From contig JAGQMJ010000001.1 in the NCBI GenBank assembly GCA_020428685.1, positions 1 through 62,826 on the forward strand: a stretch of 62,826 nt of DNA. The letters are read 5' to 3'. The stretch comes from Candidatus Kaiserbacteria bacterium. GTDB lineage: Bacteria; Patescibacteriota; Minisyncoccia; Phycocordibacterales; UBA918. The notes beneath the pieces are model-generated. The model was not told where the DNA came from, did no database searches, and saw only the letters and a list, made by a program, of their open reading frames with translations. The translations under genes and the position numbers were made by a program. Shown here in pieces: positions 33,115-41,804 of this stretch. Position 1 is the first letter of the stretch; every line of letters begins with the position of its first letter.

Positions 33115-35337
33115 TTACTCTTCGTTTGAGCTGTCTGTGGAAGTAGACTGCCCTTGTCCTAATAGGGCACCAAAAGTTTCTTGATTCCATTTTTGTACGC
33201 CGTATTCCCAGTTATCGTATTGAGGGTCGTTTGCAGGATTAGCTGGATAGCCTCCTAGTGGGTCAGCTCTATTTACAAAATGAAGTATAGAGTGAATATT
33301 TCTATATACAGTACTTAGATCAACTTTTGGTTTATCTTCATCATCTTCATTATTTTGCATCGCTTCTAATAATAAACTTGTGTCTATATATTCACCTCGA
33401 ATAATAGGCTTAATGCCATCAGTGTTTATTTGTGGTTGAGGAAAAGTTTCAGCTGGAATTTTTGCTAATGCAACATCCATAAAAGCACGCCACATAGGAG
33501 TGGTTATTAATCCAGAAAGACCACCACCCATCGCTTCGTTGTTGTTGTTACCGACCCATGAGCCAACAGCTAGATTTGGAGTGTAGCCCATTATCCAAGC
33601 GTCACGCAGGTTGTTGGTACTACCTGACTTTGCAGCCACATCTCGATTATTAAAGTTTATAAGAGAATTTGATCCCCAAAGCGGTGTGCGCGCCACATTG
33701 TCTGATAAAACATCACTAATCATATAGGCAACATTTTCATCTAAAACTCGAGTGGTTTTAGTTTCTGTTTCTTTAATGATGTTTCCTCGACTATCTTCAA
33801 TCCTTAAAATACTTCTTGGTTCAGCTTTTAATCCACCGTTTGCAAATACTCCATAAGCGTAAGTCATATCGAGAAGTTTTACTTCACCCCCGCCAAGTAC
33901 CAGGGTGAGTCCATATCTGTCTGGGTCATTTAGGGTGGTTAGACCCATATCAGCAGCAAATTTTAATGTGTCCTTCAATCCTGCTAGATACAGTGTTTTA
34001 ACAGCTGGGATATTAAGTGATTGAGCTAGTGCATTTCTCATACTAATAGGCCCGACAAATTTGTGGTTGTAGTTGTTGGGTGCATAGCAGGGTGATTCTG
34101 AACTTCTATCGGTTGGTTCACATTGGGGTGAGAATTGGGTAGGAACATCAAATAGAACTGTGGCTGGTAAATACCCCTTTCTAAAAGCAGAAGCATAAAC
34201 AAAAGGTTTGATTGATGACCCTGGTTGTCTTGGTGAAAGGGTAACATTGAAGTTTCCTTCAATATCTTCACTAAAATAATCACGTGAACCTACCATTACC
34301 AGTAAATCGCCAGTTTTAGGGTCTGTGGCTACTAGGCCAGCGTTTGAGGCATTAAATCTTTCCGTGTTTGATTCTGCTTTTTCAGCCACTATACGTTCAG
34401 CTTCTTTTTGAAGGTCCCAATCCAAAGTTGTGATAACTCTAAAGCCTTGTTCGGCCATCGCTTCCTCGCCGTATTCTTCAGCTAGTTGTTCGATTACGAA
34501 CATTACAAAATGAGGGGCTCTGATACCGGTTACAGCTTGTGGTTGAAACTCCACTTCTTCCTCTTTAGCAGCGTTATATTCTTCGATAGTAATAAAACCA
34601 TTTAAGCGCATCCTATCTAACACTAGATTGTGACGCTTATCGAGAGCTTCTCGATTGTTTCCGTAAGGAGAGAAGTAGGTCGGTGCTTGAGGGATGGCAG
34701 CTAAATATGAAGCTTCGGCTAAGGTGAGTTCAGAAGCACCTTTTCCAAAAAAAGAACGTGATGCTTCTTCCACACCATAAATAGTTCCACCGTAGGGTGA
34801 TTCATTTAAATAAATCTCTAAAATTTCTTCTTTCTCTAGGATTTGTTCTATTTTAATAGAAAGGATAGCTTCTTTTACCTTACGGCTAAGTTTTTTATCT
34901 CTTTCTAAAACAGAGTTTTTAATTACTTGTTGAGTGATAGTAGAACCACCTTGTCCGCCTAAAAGGTCACCAGCGGTGAAGTTGGAAACAGCGGCTCTAA
35001 TAATAGCTTTGATATCAATTCCGATATGGTTGTAGAACTGATCATCTTCGATCGCCACAGTGGCGTTTTTGATATGACGAGACATTTCCTCAAAAGGGAT
35101 GATGGTGCGTCGAACATCCTGATTCAGGTCATATAAAACTATTTCTCCAGTTCGGTCGTAAATTTTTGTAGACTGAAGAACTCGTCTTTCTTCAAAGGCG
35201 GATAAGTCTGGTATTTCTAAGGTGGAAATCCATACTAAAAGACCGGCTGCCAAGATAACACCCGCTGCAAAACCAAAGATTAATAAATCAATTATTATCT
35301 CTTTCCAATTCTTTTTAAACCACGAACGAATTTTCAT
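33115..35337 (-). CDS. Class A penicillin-binding protein (bifunctional glycosyltransferase/transpeptidase)
   Basis: The GT51 motifs are EDDQFYNHIGID, GGSTITQQ and RKVKE. The transpeptidase motifs are GSSIKP (SxxK) and KSGST (KTG-like). An N-terminal TM is present. Confidence 0.9.
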   Translation of the reverse strand: MKIRSWFKKNWKEIIIDLLIFGFAAGVILAAGLLVWISTLEIPDLSAFEERRVLQSTKIYDRTGEIVLYDLNQDVRRTIIPFEEMSRHIKNATVAIEDDQFYNHIGIDIKAIIRAAVSNFTAGDLLGGQGGSTITQQVIKNSVLERDKKLSRKVKEAILSIKIEQILEKEEILEIYLNESPYGGTIYGVEEASRSFFGKGASELTLAEASYLAAIPQAPTYFSPYGNNREALDKRHNLVLDRMRLNGFITIEEYNAAKEEEVEFQPQAVTGIRAPHFVMFVIEQLAEEYGEEAMAEQGFRVITTLDWDLQKEAERIVAEKAESNTERFNASNAGLVATDPKTGDLLVMVGSRDYFSEDIEGNFNVTLSPRQPGSSIKPFVYASAFRKGYLPATVLFDVPTQFSPQCEPTDRSSESPCYAPNNYNHKFVGPISMRNALAQSLNIPAVKTLYLAGLKDTLKFAADMGLTTLNDPDRYGLTLVLGGGEVKLLDMTYAYGVFANGGLKAEPRSILRIEDSRGNIIKETETKTTRVLDENVAYMISDVLSDNVARTPLWGSNSLINFNNRDVAAKSGSTNNLRDAWIMGYTPNLAVGSWVGNNNNEAMGGGLSGLITTPMWRAFMDVALAKIPAETFPQPQINTDGIKPIIRGEYIDTSLLLEAMQNNEDDEDKPKVDLSTVYRNIHSILHFVNRADPLGGYPANPANDPQYDNWEYGVQKWNQETFGALLGQGQSTSTDSSNEE

Positions 35338-35417
35338 ATATACCTACTTTATATAGCCAATACTAGCATGAGTTGTCTAGACAATTTACTACGAATGTGT
35401 GATAGAGTTGTTTCAAT

Positions 35418-36665
35418 ATGAGTTTGGCACAAGAATTAATCAACAGAGGCTTTATTAATCAATTTTCAGCCGCCACATTGGAGGAAATTGTCGATGGAGA
35501 GAAGCGTACCATATACCACGGTATTGACCCAAGTGCAGATTCAGCGCACGCTGGAAATTTTGTGATTTGGATGTTGCTTCGTCATTTAGCTGATGCTGGT
35601 CATAAGATTGTGTTTTTAGTAGGTGGTGGAACAGGAATGATTGGTGACCCAAAACCCGATTCAGAAAGACAGTTAAAAGATGCTTCATTAGTTAATGAAA
35701 ATGTTATTAAACTTAAAACTCAAGCTGAAAAATTATTCTCTGGCTACGATTTTGAATTTGTTAATAATTACGATTGGCTTAAAGAGGTGAAGTTGATTGA
35801 TTTTTTGCGTGATATTGGGAAACACTACACGGTTAATGAATTGATTAAAAAAGACGCGATTGCAAATCGTCTACAGAGCGATAATGGTTTGTCATATACA
35901 GAGTTCGCTTATCCGCTGTTGCAAGGGTACGACTACTTGGAGTTATTTAAGAATAAGAACTGTACTGTTCAGGTGGGAGGGTCTGATCAGTGGGGGAATA
36001 TTATTTCTGGAGTTGAGCTGGTTCGCCGTAAAGAACAGGCTGAAGTTTTTGCGATCACCGTACCACTCATAATAGATAAAGCTACAGGAAAGAAGTTTGG
36101 TAAAAGTGAAGGTAACGCAGTTTGGATTGATGGTGAAAAAACATCACCATATCAGTTTTACCAGTTCTGGCTAAATGTTAGCGACGATAGTGTGATTGAT
36201 TACTTAAAATTATTCACCCTACTCACACTTAGTGAAATTGAAGAAGTTAAAAAAGATTTTGAATTAAATCCAGGTAATAGAAGCGCACAAAAGAGATTAG
36301 CTTTTGAAGTAACTAAAATTGTTCATGGAGAAGAAAATACTTTAGCAGCCGAAAAAGTGTCTGAATTACTTTTTGGTGGAAATGAAAAATTAGCTCTAAA
36401 TGACGACGAATACAAAGTGTTGGTTGAGAATGCTCCTTCGCAAAAGGTGGCAGAAGGATTGGGTATTATAGATGTTTTAGTGGAAAGTGAACTAGCTACC
36501 AGTAAGAGAGAAGCTAGGACTTTTGTAGAGAGTGGGGCAGTTACATTAAACGGAGTTAAAGTTGATTCAGTTGAATCTAAGTTGGATAAGGATTATTTTA
36601 AGAACAATTTTGCCTTACTAAGAAGAGGGAAGAAGAAGTATTCTGTCATACTATTGGAGGATTAA
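35418..36665 (+). CDS. tyrS: Tyrosine--tRNA ligase
   Basis: HGIDPSADSAHAGN (HIGH class), KFGKSEG (KMSKS), and a C-terminal S4-like domain. Confidence 0.9.
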   Translation: MSLAQELINRGFINQFSAATLEEIVDGEKRTIYHGIDPSADSAHAGNFVIWMLLRHLADAGHKIVFLVGGGTGMIGDPKPDSERQLKDASLVNENVIKLKTQAEKLFSGYDFEFVNNYDWLKEVKLIDFLRDIGKHYTVNELIKKDAIANRLQSDNGLSYTEFAYPLLQGYDYLELFKNKNCTVQVGGSDQWGNIISGVELVRRKEQAEVFAITVPLIIDKATGKKFGKSEGNAVWIDGEKTSPYQFYQFWLNVSDDSVIDYLKLFTLLTLSEIEEVKKDFELNPGNRSAQKRLAFEVTKIVHGEENTLAAEKVSELLFGGNEKLALNDDEYKVLVENAPSQKVAEGLGIIDVLVESELATSKREARTFVESGAVTLNGVKVDSVESKLDKDYFKNNFALLRRGKKKYSVILLED

Positions 36666-36691
36666 AAAAAGCGCCGAGCGGCGCTTTTTTT
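36664..36691. terminator. Bidirectional intrinsic terminator
   Basis: AAAAAAAGCGCC-GAGC-GGCGCTTTTTTT. Confidence 0.85.
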
Positions 36692-36697
36692 AATCCC

Positions 36698-36964
36698 CTA
36701 CATCTCATCAATGTCGTCGAAGGTGTCGTAATCAACATCCTCAGCGTCTTCTTCTAGCTCATCACTAGAATCGTCATCCTCGTCTTTTTCTTCATCATCC
36801 TCTTCATCATCCTCGTCTTCGTTAATATGACCAAATCCTTCAGTGTCTACATCATCAGAGTCGTCGTCAGAGTCAACTTCATCCAATAGGTCATCTGCTA
36901 GAGATGCTTCATCATCATCCATTTCATCAATCTCTTCTTCCTCTTCAGTTCTTAGGTAAATCAT
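36698..36964 (-). CDS. Hyper-acidic 88-aa protein
   Basis: By my count 52 of 88 residues are Asp/Glu. There is no TM and no recognised family. Confidence 0.45.
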   Translation of the reverse strand: MIYLRTEEEEEIDEMDDDEASLADDLLDEVDSDDDSDDVDTEGFGHINEDEDDEEDDEEKDEDDDSSDELEEDAEDVDYDTFDDIDEM

Positions 36965-37051
36965 AAATATAAATAATGAATGTAATCACGTATATTTTGT
37001 ATCAAAATAGCGAAAATTTAACAATACTTAATGCTGTATTAGTGGCAGATT

Positions 37052-37531
37052 TTACTTGTTTCTTCCGTAATGTGCAAGGCAGGTTATTCCGATTCCTATT
37101 GCGTCGTACTCATCGTCCAAAGCTTTCTTTGGAGCATCTGGAATCAAACGCAAAATCATATCTATAACAGCTTTTTTATCACTCTTTCCATAACCGGTAA
37201 TCGCTACCTTTATTTCTTGGGGGCCAAACTCATAGACAGTGCAGTTGTTTGCTTGGGCTAAATACAATATTGCGCCACGAGCTTGTGCTACTCCAATAGC
37301 AGTATTGGTGTTTTTGTTAAAAAATATAGTTTCGATAGCTAGTGTGTCTGGTTGATATTCGTTAACTATATTCAAAAAACCATCACCAATAAATTTAATT
37401 CGCTCGTTTAATGAGTCTTCTTTGTTTGACTGAATGCAGGTTGAAAATAGTATTTTTTCTGACCCATCAACCGATTCCATAACCGCTACTCCTAAGCGGT
37501 CATAACCAGGGTCAATACTAATTACACGCAT
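37052..37531 (-). CDS. ruvC: Crossover junction endodeoxyribonuclease RuvC
   Basis: MRVISIDPGYDRLGVAV (catalytic Asp), then ETIFFNKN and DEYDAIGIG. Confidence 0.9.
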   Translation of the reverse strand: MRVISIDPGYDRLGVAVMESVDGSEKILFSTCIQSNKEDSLNERIKFIGDGFLNIVNEYQPDTLAIETIFFNKNTNTAIGVAQARGAILYLAQANNCTVYEFGPQEIKVAITGYGKSDKKAVIDMILRLIPDAPKKALDDEYDAIGIGITCLAHYGRNK

Positions 37532-37534
37532 AAT

Positions 37535-38074
37535 TTATTCAGGACTGTCTGCGGTTGAGTAAACATTAACCACATCATCTTGATCTTCAAGCTTTTCGAT
37601 AAAATCAGCCAGCTTTTCACCAGTTTCATCATCTAGTTCCATCGGCATATTTGGGATGTACCCCTCGCTATTTTTTGTGAACGCCCAAGCCGCTGAGCCG
37701 GGAGACCCAAGTTCTAAACCTGCTTTTGAAAAAATGTGCCTAATTTCTGGAGCGGTTCGGTTGTTGTTGTCGGTCACAGCTTCAATCAAGAGGGCAACAC
37801 CACCCGGCCCATATCCTTCGTACAACACTTCTTCCAAAGAGCTACCGTCTGAACCACTACCTTTTGCTAAAGCTCGCTCGATAACATCTTTCGGCATTGA
37901 GTCTTTCTTGGCTCGGTCGACAGCTGCGATAACGCTAGCTGAGTTGGTGTCGCCACCAGCTTTTTTAACCTCCATCGTGATTAAAGAAGAGTGCTTAGAA
38001 AAAATCTTACTTCTCTGAGCATCGGTAGCACCTTTTTTATGTTTAATTTTTGACCATTTATTATGTCCTGACAT
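37535..38074 (-). CDS. yebC: YebC/PmpR-family protein (short, 179 aa)
   Basis: MSGHNKWSKIKHKKGATDAQRSKIFSK and YEGYGPGGVALLIE. It is about 60 aa shorter than typical YebC. Confidence 0.8.
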   Translation of the reverse strand: MSGHNKWSKIKHKKGATDAQRSKIFSKHSSLITMEVKKAGGDTNSASVIAAVDRAKKDSMPKDVIERALAKGSGSDGSSLEEVLYEGYGPGGVALLIEAVTDNNNRTAPEIRHIFSKAGLELGSPGSAAWAFTKNSEGYIPNMPMELDDETGEKLADFIEKLEDQDDVVNVYSTADSPE

Positions 38075-38128
38075 ACATTATTTTTTTACTTTTATAAAGT
38101 TTACTAAAAGAAGACTGAAAAACAAGGT

Positions 38129-39130
38129 TTAATTATTCTCTGGGTAATTTAGGTGGCTATAAGAGCTGGGGCTAGCGATTCTGCCTCGCGGAGTTCTTTC
38201 TAAAAGACCGTGTCTAATCAAATAGGGCTCGATAACGTCTTCGATTGTGGAAGGTTCTTCACCAGTGGCAGCGGCGATAGTGTTTAGTCCCACTGGCCCA
38301 CCGTTGAATTTTTCTATTATCACTTCAAGTACTGCTCGGTCAGGATGACTGAGGCCAAGACTGTCTATCTCCAGTAGTTCAAAAGTCTTTTTTACAACCT
38401 CCTCGTCAAGGTCTGAGTTTTCTAGTTGAGCTAAGTCACGGCAACGCTTGAGTAGATAGTTGGCGGTGCGGGGTGTAGCTCGGCAGCGAGTAGATATTTT
38501 TTCTAAAATCAAACCGTTTGTCGTAACTTTCAACAGTTCGGCCGAACGCTTAAGAATGGTAGCTATTTCTTCGTTGGAATAAAAATCTAATCGGAATGTT
38601 CCTCCTGAAAAGCGAGAGCGAAGAGGGGATGATAGTAGGGAGATACGGGTAGTAGCCGCCACCATGGTGAAAGGAGGTAATTCTAGCTGCACAGTACGAG
38701 CTGAAGGTCCTTTTCCGATGATGATATCTAGGACACCAGACTCCATCGCTGGATAAAGTACCTCCTCAATACTTTTTGATAAGCGGTGTATCTCATCGAT
38801 GAAGAGTACATCTCCGGGTGAAAGATTGGTGAGGATGGCAGCCAGGTCACCGACTCTTTCGATTGCCGGACCAGAAGTAATCTTCATGTTTGTCCCTAGG
38901 GTTTTTGATATTAGGTTGGCTAGGGTAGTTTTGCCAAGCCCTGGTGGGCCATATAGAAGAATATGTTCGGCGGCGTGACCGCGCTCTTTGGCGGCTGTGA
39001 GTAGAATTCTTAAATTCTCTTTGATTTTTACTTGGCCAATATACTCATCCCAAGTCTGAGGTCTTAATGTTCTATCTAGGTTGTTTGCATCATCTCGAGT
39101 GATTGTTTTTGATGTTGATTTGTCGGCCAT
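38129..39130 (-). CDS. ruvB: Holliday junction branch-migration ATPase RuvB
   Basis: ATG at 39130 (MADKST). Motifs: LRPQTWDEYIGQ, Walker A GPPGLGKTTLA, and FIDEIHRL. Confidence 0.95.
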   Translation of the reverse strand: MADKSTSKTITRDDANNLDRTLRPQTWDEYIGQVKIKENLRILLTAAKERGHAAEHILLYGPPGLGKTTLANLISKTLGTNMKITSGPAIERVGDLAAILTNLSPGDVLFIDEIHRLSKSIEEVLYPAMESGVLDIIIGKGPSARTVQLELPPFTMVAATTRISLLSSPLRSRFSGGTFRLDFYSNEEIATILKRSAELLKVTTNGLILEKISTRCRATPRTANYLLKRCRDLAQLENSDLDEEVVKKTFELLEIDSLGLSHPDRAVLEVIIEKFNGGPVGLNTIAAATGEEPSTIEDVIEPYLIRHGLLERTPRGRIASPSSYSHLNYPENN

Positions 39131-39175
39131 GTTGCTGCTAAGTATAACAAAAAACACCCAAGAGTGGGTGAGGTG

Positions 39176-39205
39176 TTGACAAAATTTTAATCTATGCTAG
39201 TATAG
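39176..39205 (+). promoter_or_regulatory. Near-consensus sigma-70 promoter pointing into a gene-free gap
   Basis: TTGACA (39176-39181), an 18-nt spacer, then TATAGT (39200-39205). Both flanking genes are on the opposite strand. Confidence 0.55.
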
Positions 39206-39211
39206 TAGTTA

Positions 39212-39415
39212 ATTGATTGTTCTAAGGCGCACAGAATGCTGTGTGCGTTCATTTTACGAAGCGATTCCAGACGATAACTCTCTAAGCAACTTGGATACGT
39301 TGCGAGGATTTTGTGGCGTTCACCCTAGAGTGAGAGTGCTGCAAGACTCCTTAGCGCGGTATTCACTTTCAATGCGGAAGCCTTGCTTAGAGAGTTATAT
39401 TCTGGAATGAACGTC
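39212..39415 (+). ncRNA. Candidate rod-shaped small RNA of about 200 nt (6S-like architecture is one hypothesis)
   Basis: A perfect 16-bp helix pairs 39273-39288 with 39382-39397. It is extended by TTCCAGA/TCTGGAA and GTTCA/TGAAC, giving 28 bp that enclose a 93-nt apical domain. A 5' hairpin lies at 39227-39246. Strand is inferred from the promoter. Confidence 0.4.
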
Positions 39416-39498
39416 TGACAAACTGACATTATCACAGAATGTGAAAAATCAGTATTGACCAGTCCTCATTTAACTTCTCAAATGATAAGTTTGTAGTC

Positions 39499-41247
39499 CT
39501 AGACTACATGCGCAAGAAAATCATCATCAGAACCAGTTGCATCTGCAGCTGGTTCTTTTGTATCAAGTGTAGCGCTAGCTACTTTTCTTGGTAGTTCAAT
39601 TACACGCTCCAACTCTTTCATGGAGGTTTGACCAAGAACTATTTTTTCAATCCCGTCTTCTACCATGGTGGGTATTTTTTGTGGGCGAGCTGCTTCGACG
39701 ATGATGTGTTCACGCGGGTCTCGCAAAATAGCTTCTTCAACTGCGTCGTCCATGATTATTCCTTCAAATATTCCGACTCGTCCCTTGAATCCGGTGTGGC
39801 CACATTTTTCACAACCAACTGACTTAAATACATTTAATGGTTGTGGCACAGGGATAGGGTGGGGGTGGGTAGACATGACCTGCTCAACAATAGCTTTTTC
39901 GTCGGCTGTTGCTGGATAGGATTGTTTACAGTCAGGGCAGAGTAGTCGTACGAGTCTTTGTCCTAAAATGATGTTGACTGAACTACCAAAAATTCTTGGA
40001 TCTACACCAAGGTCAATTAGTCTAGGGAAACCAGCCACAGCACTGTTGGTGTGTAGAGTGGTAAATACTAAGTGTCCGGTTTGGGCGGCGTGAATAGCGG
40101 TCTCAGCCACCTCACGGTCACGGATTTCTCCCACCATGATGATGTCCGGGTCCTGACGTAGGATGGCTCGCAAACCAGAGGCAAAGGTGTAATCTTCGCC
40201 AGTCTGTGTCTGCACGATTCCTTCTAGTTTGTATTCAACCGGGTTTTCAATAGTGATGATTTTTACTCCATCATTGTGAGCTTCCTTAAGAAAGGCGTAA
40301 AGAGCAGTGGTTTTACCAGAACCAGTTGGTCCAGTGGTGATGATTAGACCGTTTGGTTTTTTGATTTGTTGTCTGATTACAGCCTCAATATACTTATTGA
40401 GTTTAATTTTCTCCATACTAAAGCTGGCGACAGATGGATCTAGGAGTCGCATTACGATTGATTCAGCTACTGCTCCAGGGATAATTGAAGATCGAACTTC
40501 CACCTCGCGCTCACCGGTGTCGAAAGTAAAGCGGCCGTCTTGAGCTTCGGCCTTAGCGTTTAGAATCATGCCTGATAAAAGTTTTAGGCGTGAGATGAGT
40601 CGGCTGTATATATATGAGTCTAAGTCAGCAATGTCATGAAGTACTCCGTCAAAACGATAGCGAAGTCTGATGCCGGTTTGCTCTGGTTCGATGTGAATGT
40701 CAGACGCGCGTAGTGCTAGACCGCCGGCAAAAATAAGTTCGAGAGTTTCTGAAATGCGACGGTTGTTGTTGATAGTACTAATATCCTTAAGTATTTTGAC
40801 AACATCTTCGGTTTTTTTAATTGATGCGGTTAGTCGCTGAATATCTTCGGCGTTGATTTCAAAAACTCCTTTTTTCTCAGCTGATGAATTGGTGATATCG
40901 TCGTATCTTTTCCAGCCGTGATCTAGGCTGGCTGAAGAGCAGATGTATACGATCGGGGTGTAGCTTTGTGATTGGAGTTCAGCTAAAAGAGCTTGAGTTT
41001 TTGGGTTGCCGGGATTACGGGTAGCGATAGATAGGTTGTGCTTGTTTATCTCAAAAGCGACAACTTCAGCTGCTCGAGCTTTTTTTTCACTAATAACTGC
41101 AACCGCTTCTGGATTCATGGTGTAGCCACGAAGGTTGATGTATTCAAAACCATACTGCGGCGCCATGGTTTGAACCACTCGCTCTTCTTCTTGAGCGTGT
41201 AGCTCAGCTATGCGTGAATTAGAATAACTGTCGTCAAATTTGACCAT
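39499..41247 (-). CDS. pilB: GspE/PilB-family type II/IV secretion (type IV pilus assembly) ATPase
   Basis: 582 aa with Walker A GPTGSGKTT, Asp box, Walker B IMVGEIRD, His box TGHLVFTTLH, and the tetracysteine motif CPDC...CEKC. Confidence 0.85.
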   Translation of the reverse strand: MVKFDDSYSNSRIAELHAQEEERVVQTMAPQYGFEYINLRGYTMNPEAVAVISEKKARAAEVVAFEINKHNLSIATRNPGNPKTQALLAELQSQSYTPIVYICSSASLDHGWKRYDDITNSSAEKKGVFEINAEDIQRLTASIKKTEDVVKILKDISTINNNRRISETLELIFAGGLALRASDIHIEPEQTGIRLRYRFDGVLHDIADLDSYIYSRLISRLKLLSGMILNAKAEAQDGRFTFDTGEREVEVRSSIIPGAVAESIVMRLLDPSVASFSMEKIKLNKYIEAVIRQQIKKPNGLIITTGPTGSGKTTALYAFLKEAHNDGVKIITIENPVEYKLEGIVQTQTGEDYTFASGLRAILRQDPDIIMVGEIRDREVAETAIHAAQTGHLVFTTLHTNSAVAGFPRLIDLGVDPRIFGSSVNIILGQRLVRLLCPDCKQSYPATADEKAIVEQVMSTHPHPIPVPQPLNVFKSVGCEKCGHTGFKGRVGIFEGIIMDDAVEEAILRDPREHIIVEAARPQKIPTMVEDGIEKIVLGQTSMKELERVIELPRKVASATLDTKEPAADATGSDDDFLAHVV

Positions 41248-41318
41248 ATAGGTAATGATAACATGTACTTTTACAGACTGTGTTTACTGGTGGGGTGTAG
41301 ATTGCTATAGTCATCGAT

Positions 41319-41771
41319 ATGGAAAGTGAATTTGTAGTAAAAAATCCAGCTGATTTTAAGTTGGTGATTGAGAGTATTTTTTCTTGGTATAAAAATAAGG
41401 AAGAAAAGAAGTCTTTAGTGATTGCTTTGTCGGGTGATTTGGGTGCTGGTAAGACAACGTTTACACAGGAGCTTGGTAAGTACTTGGGTGTGACTGAGCA
41501 TATAACAAGCCCAACTTTTACTATTATGAAGCAGTATGAATTGAGTAATGATTGTTTCGACCAGCTTTTTCATATTGATGCTTATCGAATCGAAAATGAG
41601 GAAGAGGTTGGGCCGCTAAGGCTAGAGTCGTTTTTAAATGGTTCACGCAGTGTTATTTGCTTGGAATGGCCAGAGCAGATACCTTCAATAATTCCTCAAT
41701 CAGCTCTAAGAGTAATGATTAGTATTGCTGAGAACGATGAAAGGCTGGTGAAGATTATTTTTGGCGATTAG
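41319..41771 (+). CDS. tsaE: tRNA t6A37 biosynthesis ATPase TsaE
   Basis: GDLGAGKTTFTQ P-loop, SPTFTIM, HIDAYR. Confidence 0.85.
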   Translation: MESEFVVKNPADFKLVIESIFSWYKNKEEKKSLVIALSGDLGAGKTTFTQELGKYLGVTEHITSPTFTIMKQYELSNDCFDQLFHIDAYRIENEEEVGPLRLESFLNGSRSVICLEWPEQIPSIIPQSALRVMISIAENDERLVKIIFGD

Positions 41772-41804
41772 TCTGAAAGTCAGAAAAAACGTATACTAGT
41801 GATT

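Noticed and set aside
35338-35417. A T-box leader upstream of tyrS.
   Set aside because: Only 80 nt separate the divergent PBP and tyrS genes, which is too short for a T-box. No specifier or T-box sequence is visible.
39213-39410. A 65-aa ORF coinciding with the candidate sRNA.
   Set aside because: It has a TTG start and no SD. The frame runs straight through both arms of a 28-bp helix, so an RNA interpretation is preferred.
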